Source: an uncultured virus (IMG/VR IMGVR_UViG_3300032117_000007) (taxonomy: Duplodnaviria; Heunggongvirae; Uroviricota; Caudoviricetes). From it: a DNA stretch of 64,000 nt. The number at the start of each line of letters is the position of its first letter. Within the stretch, counting starts at the first letter, position 1. This document shows, in pieces, positions 55,046-64,000 of this stretch. The notes below the pieces were generated by a model. It did not search any database. It was given only the letters and a program-made list of their open reading frames with translations, and was not told where the DNA came from. The position numbers and the translations under genes were made by a program. The stretch is from the IMG/VR virus record IMGVR_UViG_3300032117_000007; one strand, written 5' to 3'.

Positions 55046-56059
55046 ATGATGAATGAAATTGAAACATATGAAAACTTTTTCCCCGAGGATCTTCGAATCA
55101 GTTTAATCGAAGTAATCGAGGAAAAAGGATGGAAATACGGATGGTTATCAAATAATAAGATGGGCTTTGGTCATTGGAATTGTTTGATTTCACCTGCACG
55201 TGCTGAGAATGGAATTGATATTTCTGATACACTTCCAGAACCTTTTCTTTCTGCCTGGAATCATGTAAAAGAAAACTATTGCAAAAATTCCATTCTTCTT
55301 AGATGTTATGCAAATGCACATACATATGGCATTGAAGGATATCCTCATAGAGATTCATCACGAAATAATGATCGTACATATGTTGTATATTTGAATAGAG
55401 ATTGGAAAGATGAATGGGGTGGTGAAACAACTGTATATGATGAAAATGGAATTATTCATTCCGAACTTCCATCATATAATAGAGGGCTTTCGTTTCCATC
55501 TAAGATGAAACATGTTGCTCGAGGTGTCACACGAATTTGCCCTCAACTAAGAGTTACGTTGATGTTTAAAACAAGCACTGAAGTTGATTTAACAAGAAAT
55601 AAAGTTCAAACTTTACTTACTCAACTCGGTGCCGATAAAATAAAACATAGTCATTCCAACTTCATGGCACATCTGTTAAATACATATGATCTTTTGAAAA
55701 ATAAAAATCTAGATTCTGATATTTGTGTAGGTGGTGCAATTCATTCCATTTTTGGAACAGAATTTTTCTCTGAAGCATTGTTACAGAATACACCAGAAAC
55801 CAAACAAGATTTAATGTCTGTGTTAGGTTTTGATGCTGTAATGTATGCGGATGTATTTTCAAAGATCAATAGACCTGATACTCTAGAGAATAACATTGGT
55901 TCTGATAATCCAATGCTTCAGTTGAGAAATTCTGACGTTGAATTAGCAATACCAATGGATAAATTTAAAGCTCTTTGTGCAATCGAGGGTGCAAATCTAG
56001 AAGATCAAAATACGTTGAATAAATATACCAAGCTCAATGAATTTTGGAAAAATCTTTAA
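55046..56059 (+). CDS. 2OG-Fe(II) oxygenase (prolyl-4-hydroxylase-like) fused to an HD-like domain
   Basis: HRD...YLN..W...WGGE...H...R; then HS...HLxxT...HSIFGT. Confidence 0.8.
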   Translation: MMNEIETYENFFPEDLRISLIEVIEEKGWKYGWLSNNKMGFGHWNCLISPARAENGIDISDTLPEPFLSAWNHVKENYCKNSILLRCYANAHTYGIEGYPHRDSSRNNDRTYVVYLNRDWKDEWGGETTVYDENGIIHSELPSYNRGLSFPSKMKHVARGVTRICPQLRVTLMFKTSTEVDLTRNKVQTLLTQLGADKIKHSHSNFMAHLLNTYDLLKNKNLDSDICVGGAIHSIFGTEFFSEALLQNTPETKQDLMSVLGFDAVMYADVFSKINRPDTLENNIGSDNPMLQLRNSDVELAIPMDKFKALCAIEGANLEDQNTLNKYTKLNEFWKNL

Positions 56060-56078
56060 TTAACGGAATGAAAAGAAT

Positions 56079-58595
56079 ATGCCTTTAGCTCAAACGTTTC
56101 TTGTTTCACAGCCAACAAATGGTGTGAGTGCTGTATATCTTACATCTGTTGATCTTTATTTTCAATCTAGTGATCCTGTCTTTGGTGTAGAACTTCAGAT
56201 TAAAACAACAGAGAATGGCGCCCCAACTGCGTATACTGTTCCAAACGGTACTGCATATTTAACTGCAAATCAAGTTTCAACAAGTACAAATGCATCGGTT
56301 CCCACAACATTCACATTTGCAACACCAATAGTCATTCAGACTAATCAACAATATGCTCTTGTTGTGTTGCCTTCTGGTGGGAATCCAAATTATACTCTCT
56401 GGACAGGTGTATTGTCTGCAAATGATATTACAACTGGCGTTCCAATTTATAATAATAATCAATTAGGTTCTTTGTTTCTTTCGTCTAATGATTTGAATTA
56501 TGTTCCAAGTCAATTAGAAAGCATGAAATATACCTTAAGAGTTGCAAATTTTACCGGTAGTTCTGGCACTGCCGTATATCGGAATTCAAATTCAGATTTC
56601 TTTAAGATTTCATCTGTTGTAGGAACATTTACAGAAGGTGAGAAAATTGTAGTTTCCAATTCAGTATTGAGTCTTGCCAGAGTTTCATTATCTGGCGCAA
56701 ATACTTTTACCGTAGGTGAATATGTCTATCAGACATCATCAGGTTCAAGTCCCAATACTGCTGTAGGCACTGTATATACTGGATCAAATTCTTCTGTTCT
56801 TCTTTTGTCTAATGTTACAGGATCCTTTGTCAATTCTGGTAATACTACTATTGTTGGTACATCATCTAGCAAATCATCAACAATCACGGCTTCTGTAAAT
56901 TCAATAAGTGCTACCGCATCGTCAAATACCGTTACGGTGCCGTTTATCACATACACTGATTTTGCAAACGGCAATTATATCTTTGTGTCGACAAATACAT
57001 TTTCAAATGCTCAGATGCTTCAGATTGTAGGGAATAATGCTACAACAAATACTCTGATACTTTCTGCAAATGTAAAATTTTCCGATTCAAACACAATCAT
57101 CGGTCGGGTAAAGAGTGATGGTGCTTTATATGGATATCTTTCATCAATCACAAAATTGAATTCAAATCCTAAGATTATTTTGGATTCAGTAACTTCTAAT
57201 GCTGCTTCAAATTTTGTTGATTCCGGAAATAGTTATCTAATCGGTCTATCTTCTGGTGCAACATCATTGGTTGTGGACACTAGAAATAGAGTATATGATA
57301 GCATCACATCTCAGTTTACACAAATTGTTCCAACACAGACTTCAGCAACTTGGTCATTCTCTGGAACATCAAATACATATGTTCTTGATACATCAAACAC
57401 TGTATTGCAACCAGATTTGCCGTATGAGTTTATTGATGAAGAAAGAACATTGGTTTCTAGAAGTAAGGAACAAGCCGCTTTGTCTGGTGCTAGTTCACTT
57501 CACATTCAGGCAAATTTGAATACGTCTAATAATCTTATTTCACCATATATTAATAATTTGAGAACAACGGCAACAATGACATATAACGTTGTTACGCCTG
57601 ATCAAAATCTTCAAGGATATGCAATTACTGGAAATAATATTGGTATTTTTGGTGCTGGTACTATTGTTACTCAATCAAACTCAACTGTAACAACGTCTGG
57701 TACTGTTATCACATCCAATTCTTCTACAATTTTGGTATCAAATATTGTATCATCAAATGTTAATAATATTGGCGCATTTATTGCAAATGGTTCTGCAACG
57801 GTAAGCAATGGTAGTTCTAGTGTTGTTGCAACAACTGTTTCATACTTCAATGAAGCAAATAATGCTGCTATCCATACAACATCACGGTATATCTCTAAGA
57901 ATGTAATTCTTGCAACAGGTCAAAATTCAGAAGATCTTTTGGTATATCTTGCTGCATATAGACCACCAGGAACAAACCTCAGAGTATATGGTAAATTCTC
58001 CTCTACTGGTGATTCAAATCCATTTGCCAACAATGATTGGTCTAGACTACCCGAAACATCATCTCCTGCACTACAGAGCAGTTTGGTAAATCAAACAGAT
58101 TATGTTCAACTTCAGTATGATCTTCCATCATCTGTTCAGGTATATGGTTCTGGTGTAACAACTAGCAATGCAAATCCTGGAACTGGTGCAAGTGCTAATG
58201 TTGTTCTAGGAGCAGGTCAGACTACTGCACAATTTTCCTTAGGTCAATTCGTGTATATCTCAGACACAGGTTATACAGGCGCTTCAAATACATTCAATGT
58301 TCGGCAAGTTATTGCTATTCCAAATGCAAATACACTTGTTCTTTCATCAAATCTTACAATCGGTAATACAACTACTGGATCCACAAATGCTGCCATCGGT
58401 ATCATCCCAGGTCTAGAATCTCAGGCAGGTGCATTTAAATATGCAAATAATTCAGGTATTGCTCGATATGTAACTTATAATGATGTTCCTTTTGATACTT
58501 TCATCAATTTTGCCGTGAAGATTGTCATGGTTGCAAATGCGTCGATGATTGTTCCCAGAGTATCAAATATGCGTGCTATTGCTGTGCAGGTTTAA
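56079..58595 (+). CDS. Virion structural protein (DUF4815/VrlC-like C-terminal part)
   Basis: PLAQTF, TSVDLYF, GSLFxS, RYISK, FAVKIV...PRV..MRAIA. Confidence 0.75.
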   Translation: MPLAQTFLVSQPTNGVSAVYLTSVDLYFQSSDPVFGVELQIKTTENGAPTAYTVPNGTAYLTANQVSTSTNASVPTTFTFATPIVIQTNQQYALVVLPSGGNPNYTLWTGVLSANDITTGVPIYNNNQLGSLFLSSNDLNYVPSQLESMKYTLRVANFTGSSGTAVYRNSNSDFFKISSVVGTFTEGEKIVVSNSVLSLARVSLSGANTFTVGEYVYQTSSGSSPNTAVGTVYTGSNSSVLLLSNVTGSFVNSGNTTIVGTSSSKSSTITASVNSISATASSNTVTVPFITYTDFANGNYIFVSTNTFSNAQMLQIVGNNATTNTLILSANVKFSDSNTIIGRVKSDGALYGYLSSITKLNSNPKIILDSVTSNAASNFVDSGNSYLIGLSSGATSLVVDTRNRVYDSITSQFTQIVPTQTSATWSFSGTSNTYVLDTSNTVLQPDLPYEFIDEERTLVSRSKEQAALSGASSLHIQANLNTSNNLISPYINNLRTTATMTYNVVTPDQNLQGYAITGNNIGIFGAGTIVTQSNSTVTTSGTVITSNSSTILVSNIVSSNVNNIGAFIANGSATVSNGSSSVVATTVSYFNEANNAAIHTTSRYISKNVILATGQNSEDLLVYLAAYRPPGTNLRVYGKFSSTGDSNPFANNDWSRLPETSSPALQSSLVNQTDYVQLQYDLPSSVQVYGSGVTTSNANPGTGASANVVLGAGQTTAQFSLGQFVYISDTGYTGASNTFNVRQVIAIPNANTLVLSSNLTIGNTTTGSTNAAIGIIPGLESQAGAFKYANNSGIARYVTYNDVPFDTFINFAVKIVMVANASMIVPRVSNMRAIAVQV

Positions 58596-58597
58596 AT

Positions 58598-58819
58598 ATG
58601 ACAGAACCAGAATATTATAAGGTCAGAGAAAATCCAGATCTTGTTCGACAAGTCTCGTCAAGTGCTATTTTAAATACAAATGATAAAGAATTAAATAAAT
58701 ACAGACAAGAAAGAGAAACAAGATTAAAATTATTACGTGTGGTTGAAGATACTGAAAATTTAAAGAATGATGTATCAGAAATCAAATCAATGTTAAAACA
58801 ACTATTAGGGCAGAAGTAA
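58598..58819 (+). CDS. Conserved small T4-like coiled-coil protein
   Basis: LVR..SxAILN...LKNDVSEIKSMLKQL. Confidence 0.7.
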   Translation: MTEPEYYKVRENPDLVRQVSSSAILNTNDKELNKYRQERETRLKLLRVVEDTENLKNDVSEIKSMLKQLLGQK

Positions 58820-60345
58820 TGGCCATCAGCATCATACAAGTATCTAATAATTCAACGTTCGGTGGTTGGTTGAGTGTTACCAATCAGCTTGTAAATGCTG
58901 TTACACAAAATACTGTATCCATTGATAGCACCTCAGGTGGCAATCAAACCACTGGTAACGGATATGTTACCGGTCATTTAGGTGCTTCTTATATTCATGT
59001 CGGGAATGGTGTTGTAGGTGGTAATATTTCGACGGCAAATAGCATTTACATGCTATCAAATACTGTATTCTATAACACGACAACAAATGCCATTCTAACA
59101 GTTAGTTCTAATACAACCAATTCTGGTGTTACATTATCTCCGAATTCAATTAATCTAACACCTTCAAACAACACAAATATTACAGGTCAATATCTTGTAG
59201 TCACTACACTTTCTCAATTCAATAATACTGTCACTGTTGCAAATACACTTTCTGTAACAGGGAATGGAACATTCTCTAATGCCGTTACAATTACCGGGAA
59301 TACTACATTCTCTAATACTATTTCTGTAGTGGGGAATGGAACATTTTCTAATGCCGTTACAATTACCGGGAATACTACATTCTCTAATGTCGTATATATT
59401 GGTGCAAATGTTCAGCTTACAACCACACAGTTGTTTGTTGGTAATACTACCGCAAATTCTGTATATACTGGTGGATCCATTCAGGTTGCCAATACTACAA
59501 ATACTGTAACAATCAACCCGACTTCTGTTACTGTAGGGACTACTGTAGTCAATACAACTACCATTGCCGTTGGAACTACAACTGTCAATTCATCACTAGT
59601 CAATGCTACTTCTGTAACAGGAACAAGTGTCAATACAGTAACATTATATTCCTCTGGTCATGCCAATGTAGAATCACTTAATATTGCAAATACTTCTGCA
59701 ACAAGCACTGTTAACGGTAGTTTGGTAGTTAATAACTTAACAATCAACGGAACCTTGACTTATTCATCATCTGGTACTGCAACGGGTAATCTTGTTCCTG
59801 CTGCAAATAGTTTCTATCTTCTAGGTAATTCTTCATATGTTTGGGCTTCAATATATTCAACCAATACATATTCAAATAACATAACGGTATATAATACATT
59901 ATCTTCTAATAACATTTCTGTCTCTGGGAATGCTACATTCTCTAATATCATTACAGTGACAGGAAATGCAACATTCTCTAATGTTGTAACATTCTCTAAT
60001 AATATTAATTCTGGAACAATTTCACAATCTGGAACTGGTTCTCGAACATTTTCAAATTCATCTCCTGCAAATGTGGATGTTGTATCAGTATCTTCTTTTA
60101 GATCATTAGAATATCTTGTTCAACTTACTGATTCTACTTTACCAACTCCAAGTTATCATCTTACAAAAATCCTTGTATTGTCTGACGGAACAAATCCATA
60201 TATCACGGAATATGGAACAGTGTATTCAAATATCAATCTTGGAACATTTACTGCAATTATCAACGGAGGTAATATTGCACTACAACTCACACCAAATAGT
60301 GCGAATGTTGTGTGCAAATTTACAAGAACTGCTATAACGGTATAA
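58819..60345 (+). CDS. Fibre/fibritin-like structural protein
   Basis: TFxxWxxxTN N-terminus; (VTGNxTFSN)n beta repeats; EYG C-terminal domain. Confidence 0.65.
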   Translation: MAISIIQVSNNSTFGGWLSVTNQLVNAVTQNTVSIDSTSGGNQTTGNGYVTGHLGASYIHVGNGVVGGNISTANSIYMLSNTVFYNTTTNAILTVSSNTTNSGVTLSPNSINLTPSNNTNITGQYLVVTTLSQFNNTVTVANTLSVTGNGTFSNAVTITGNTTFSNTISVVGNGTFSNAVTITGNTTFSNVVYIGANVQLTTTQLFVGNTTANSVYTGGSIQVANTTNTVTINPTSVTVGTTVVNTTTIAVGTTTVNSSLVNATSVTGTSVNTVTLYSSGHANVESLNIANTSATSTVNGSLVVNNLTINGTLTYSSSGTATGNLVPAANSFYLLGNSSYVWASIYSTNTYSNNITVYNTLSSNNISVSGNATFSNIITVTGNATFSNVVTFSNNINSGTISQSGTGSRTFSNSSPANVDVVSVSSFRSLEYLVQLTDSTLPTPSYHLTKILVLSDGTNPYITEYGTVYSNINLGTFTAIINGGNIALQLTPNSANVVCKFTRTAITV

Positions 60346-60379
60346 TAAATAGAAATAAAATAATTACTTAGGAAGCGTT

Positions 60380-60706
60380 ATGGCTCAGAATATCAATATA
60401 GTAATAGATCAGGGCACTACGTTCTCGGCATCTTTTAATATTGTGGATATCAATGGGACTCCTATTGATTTATCAACTTATACAGCAAATTCCGTATTTA
60501 AAAAGTCATATATGTCTTGTAATTCATTTGCATTTACTGCTAATGCATATGCAAATGGTGTCATTACACTTTCGATGAATGCTGAAACAACCAGCACTGT
60601 ATGGCCTGGTAGATATGTTTATGACGTTGATGTAACAGATCAGAGTGGTAATATTTCAAGAGTAATTCAAGGCTTAGTAACAGTCACACCAAGCGTTACA
60701 AACTAA
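60380..60706 (+). CDS. Conserved virion protein (IDQG...GRYVYDV family)
   Basis: NIVIDQGTTF...GRYVYDV...RVIQGxVTVTPxVT. Confidence 0.75.
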   Translation: MAQNINIVIDQGTTFSASFNIVDINGTPIDLSTYTANSVFKKSYMSCNSFAFTANAYANGVITLSMNAETTSTVWPGRYVYDVDVTDQSGNISRVIQGLVTVTPSVTN

Positions 60707-60972
60707 TGACAACATTACCAGAATACAATGTTACGGTTGCAAATACTAAGCAATACACTGTAACAGTTATCAACAATAATGGTATTCTACAACCATCATC
60801 TACCAATCCACCAACAGTTACAACACAAGCTGTTGCTGTTGGTGCAAATGCAGTAGGTTATAATGTGGCAACAAGTTTCTATGTTCCTGCTCTTACTGGT
60901 CAGGGTGCCTTTGGCACTGTTACCGTTGGTTCGCAACCACTTCAGAGCACATTTATTAAAGCAGCTATGTAA
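60706..60972 (+). CDS. Hypothetical protein
   Basis: TAATG-coupled 88-aa ORF. Confidence 0.5.
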   Translation: MTTLPEYNVTVANTKQYTVTVINNNGILQPSSTNPPTVTTQAVAVGANAVGYNVATSFYVPALTGQGAFGTVTVGSQPLQSTFIKAAM

Positions 60973-60980
60973 AGAGGTAT

Positions 60981-61205
60981 TTGATGTTTGCCTATATAAT
61001 ACAGGACAATGGTTACTATGGTGGAACAATTACGTTGCCAGATGATCCCAATCACGTCAATGGGATTCCATATGGCACTACGCTAACTGCTCCACCAGAT
61101 AATCCTAATAATCTATATCTTTATTGGGGTGGTTCTTCTTGGAATCTAATTTCTACTCCACCATACGATCCAACTGCAAATACTGACACTACAACATCTT
61201 CTTAA
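60981..61205 (+). CDS. Small tail-fibre-assembly-like protein
   Basis: TxxAPP...WxGxxW motif; AGAGG RBS. Confidence 0.5.
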   Translation: MMFAYIIQDNGYYGGTITLPDDPNHVNGIPYGTTLTAPPDNPNNLYLYWGGSSWNLISTPPYDPTANTDTTTSS

Positions 61206-61217
61206 TGGGATTATATA

Positions 61218-61931
61218 ATGATTAATGTTTTGGTTGCAACACCTGCTTATGGTGGCATGTGCACTATGGGTTATACTTCATCAATGATTGAACTTTTTAA
61301 AAAAGCCGCTATCTATGATGAGTTTGAAATTGAGTTCATGTATGGTCTGAATGAAGCCTTGATAACATATGCCAGAAATATGTGTGCAAATATATTCCTC
61401 AAATCTGATGCTACTCATCTATTATTCATTGATTCCGATATTCAGTTTAATGCTGATCAGGTAATTGATATGATACTGACTGGTAAAGATTTGGTATGTG
61501 GAATTTATCCTAAGAAGAAACTTGATTGGTATAAAATCAAATCAATGGCATCTACACTTAGCCCTGAAGCATTGAAAAGTGCATCAAATGAATATCTCTT
61601 TGAACCATCGCTAAACTCTGAACCAACTGAAGATGGTTTGATTGAAATAGAACGTGCTGGAACTGGTATGATGCTTATCAGTAGAAAAGTATTTGAAACA
61701 CTCAGTGATAAAGTAAAATCATTCAATCTAGTATCACCAGTTCAATCAAATGTAGAATTTGAACAGGATGAATCCTATAAGGAATTCTTCTTTACTTCAA
61801 CAGATTCAGAAAGAAATATCTTCCTTCATGAAGATTTCAATTTTTGTAAGATGTGGAGAGAAGCAGGTGGAAAGATATATGGTGCACCATGGGTTAAATT
61901 ATATCATATCGGCAATCACGTATATGGATAA
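61218..61931 (+). CDS. GT-A fold glycosyltransferase-like protein
   Basis: VATPAYGG, ARN, LLFIDSD (DxD), GTGMMLI, EDFxFC, HIG. Confidence 0.8.
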   Translation: MINVLVATPAYGGMCTMGYTSSMIELFKKAAIYDEFEIEFMYGLNEALITYARNMCANIFLKSDATHLLFIDSDIQFNADQVIDMILTGKDLVCGIYPKKKLDWYKIKSMASTLSPEALKSASNEYLFEPSLNSEPTEDGLIEIERAGTGMMLISRKVFETLSDKVKSFNLVSPVQSNVEFEQDESYKEFFFTSTDSERNIFLHEDFNFCKMWREAGGKIYGAPWVKLYHIGNHVYG

Positions 61932-61965
61932 ATAAAAGAAAAATATCGGGGAAAGGGAACCGAAT

Positions 61966-63588
61966 ATGGCTGATCTATCTTTTAATGCAAAAAATGGTAT
62001 TGTAGCAAATGGCATATTCATTGCCAATAGCACAACAACTCAAGGCAATGGATTTGTTACAAATTCCACAGGCATGTATATTACAGGTGTGGTCAATGCT
62101 ACATCTATTCAGGTTGGTTCCTCTGATGTAATTAATTCCACAGGCATTTTTACGAGTGGCATTGTAAATGCCACCACTGTATATGTCGGTTCCGTGAATG
62201 TTAATACTGCTATTACAAGTAATGCTGCAACAGCATATTCAAATGCCACAACATATTCTGCAACTCAATTAGCATCAAATATTGCAACTGTTAATACTGC
62301 TATTACAGGAAATGCGGCAACGGCATATACAAATGCCACAACATATGCCGCAACAATAGCAGGTACTGCATATTCAAATGCCATATCATATGCCGCAACA
62401 ATAGCAGGTACTGCATATTCAAATGCCATATCATATGCCGCAACAATAGCAGGTACTGCATATTCAAATGCTGTAGCAAATGCGGCCGCACTTTATTATC
62501 CAACAACAAATCCTTATGGTTTTGCCAATTCAACCAATAGTAATAATATTAATGGCAATGCTTATAATATTACACAATATACTATTAATCAAAATTTAGG
62601 TACTAGTAATTCACCGACATTTAATAATGCATATGTTTCTGGCACTGTTGCCATGGGTTCTTCATTTTTAAGAAATCGTATTATCAATGGTGCAATGCAG
62701 ATCGCGCAGCGGGGAACAAGTTTTAGTTCACCGGTAAATGGTTCATATACATTAGATAGATGGTTTGTAAATTGGACTTCGGCTTCTCCGGGAAGTATTG
62801 CTCAGGTTGCCGGGCCAAGTGGCCCGGCCGGGGTAACTGGTTATCAGTATGCTCTTGAAATTGCTGGCGGATCAGGAAATTCGCAAACACAAATTACGCA
62901 ACGTATTGAATCTTATAATATTGCAGATCTTGCTGGAACAACAGTTACATTATCAGTAACAATGTTAGCTTCAAGTGCACAAACAGTTGCTTGGAGAATA
63001 GCTTATCCACCATCACGAGATACTTGGACATCTCAAACAAATTTTGCATCAGGGACGTTTAGTGTTACAACCTCGGCTCAAACTTTTTCCGCGCAAATAT
63101 CCTTGCCTTCGCAAGCGGCATATGGGTTGTCAATTTCTTTTTTGCCTAACAATGCTGGTGCTTTTACATCTGGCACATTAGATATAACCGGCGTCCAACT
63201 TGAAGCTGGGTCTGTCGCCACGCCGTTTGAACGGCGACAAATCGGAACAGAATTGGCGTTGTGCCAACGGTATTATTACAAGCTAAAAGCAGCAACTGCA
63301 TTTGCTAACGCTGGCGTGGGTCGGGCATATTCTACCACAAACGCCCAAGCGATGATTGGGCTTCCGGTGTCTATGCGAACTGGTCCTACTGGTTCTTATT
63401 CCGCACTATCAGATTGGAATGATTCTGGAGGCGGAACGCCATCTGCAATCGACCCTGTAAGTCAATATTCTTCGGACTGTCGTTGGATGACGGTTAATTT
63501 GACTGGAACTTACACAAGTGGTCAGAGCATTGTTTTGAACGCTAATAACACAACAAATGCTTATATTGCTTGGAGTGCTGAACTATGA
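61966..63588 (+). CDS. Tail fibre protein
   Basis: (AYSNAISYAATIAGT)n repeats; RNRIINGxMxIAQRG...GVQLExGxVATPFE...ELALCQRYY. Confidence 0.8.
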   Translation: MADLSFNAKNGIVANGIFIANSTTTQGNGFVTNSTGMYITGVVNATSIQVGSSDVINSTGIFTSGIVNATTVYVGSVNVNTAITSNAATAYSNATTYSATQLASNIATVNTAITGNAATAYTNATTYAATIAGTAYSNAISYAATIAGTAYSNAISYAATIAGTAYSNAVANAAALYYPTTNPYGFANSTNSNNINGNAYNITQYTINQNLGTSNSPTFNNAYVSGTVAMGSSFLRNRIINGAMQIAQRGTSFSSPVNGSYTLDRWFVNWTSASPGSIAQVAGPSGPAGVTGYQYALEIAGGSGNSQTQITQRIESYNIADLAGTTVTLSVTMLASSAQTVAWRIAYPPSRDTWTSQTNFASGTFSVTTSAQTFSAQISLPSQAAYGLSISFLPNNAGAFTSGTLDITGVQLEAGSVATPFERRQIGTELALCQRYYYKLKAATAFANAGVGRAYSTTNAQAMIGLPVSMRTGPTGSYSALSDWNDSGGGTPSAIDPVSQYSSDCRWMTVNLTGTYTSGQSIVLNANNTTNAYIAWSAEL

Positions 63589-63761
63589 ACACATATTCAA
63601 ACGCTCAATATGTTATTGGATATGGCGGTGTTGTTAGCTCAATTCGCGTTGATATTAACGATGTCACAAGTTATGTCCCGATTGATCCGGCAAACACCGA
63701 CTACCAAAACATCCTGGTTCTAGTGGGCCAGGGCGCACTTACCATAGTTCCGGTGGCATAA
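63585..63761 (+). CDS. Small fibre-associated protein, 58 aa, not in the ORF track
   Basis: ATGA overlap; VPxDPANxDYQ motif. Confidence 0.65.
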   Translation: MNTYSNAQYVIGYGGVVSSIRVDINDVTSYVPIDPANTDYQNILVLVGQGALTIVPVA

Positions 63762-63855
63762 TTTTTGATTTGTAATATTGATCTGTATCAAAAATTTCCG
63801 CTGTTATTAATACAAATTCATAATATAAATATTATAAACAACCGCGGATAGTAAA

Positions 63856-64000
63856 ATGGCACTTCCTACTTCTAGACAACAATTCAAGTATTACTGCCTT
63901 CGGAAACTTGGAGCTCCAGTAATTGAAATCAATGTTGATGATGATCAAGTGGAAGATCGTATTGATGATGCACTTACTTATTATGCCGATTATCACTTTG
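63856..64000 (+). CDS. 13: Neck protein gp13 (5' part; runs off the window)
   Basis: MALPTSRQQFKYYCLRKLGAPVIEINVDDDQVEDRIDDAL. Confidence 0.9.
   Translation, partial: MALPTSRQQFKYYCLRKLGAPVIEINVDDDQVEDRIDDALTYYADYHF

Noticed and set aside
1..64000. Stop-codon reassignment
   Set aside because: Core genes are full length under the standard code and end in TAA, TAG and TGA

Overview
This 64-kb window is part of a large, AT-rich T4-like myovirus genome. The host is probably an alphaproteobacterium, because the phage carries a circularly permuted two-piece tmRNA with tag ANDNVAFEGTALAA. Positions 1-18.2 kb hold nucleotide metabolism and auxiliary genes: thyX, nrdA/B, GIY-YIG, rlpA, a nucleotidyltransferase, glutaredoxin, two SpeD-like decarboxylases, a heptose-synthesis cluster, RNase H, PhoH, an exonuclease and an amidinotransferase. 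Positions 18.2-28 kb form a divergent island with sigma70-type promoters. It is centred on a 55-bp inverted repeat that encloses eight IHF-consensus sites. It is bounded on both sides by oppositely oriented chains of about 17 tiny ORFs, most built from (QVxx)n repeats, and each joined to the next by the same ATGGT(GA/AA/AG) start/stop overlap. The chains sit beside a DUF6745-like gene and its probable His-rich partner gene. Positions 28-64 kb hold tmRNA, gp32 and the tail, baseplate and fibre module through the start of gp13, including a likely programmed -1 frameshift joining gp26 to gp51. Family assignments come from motif recognition and gene order, not database searches. The best candidate for an undescribed system is the QV mini-gene arrays with DUF6745, its partner and the possibly invertible segment.
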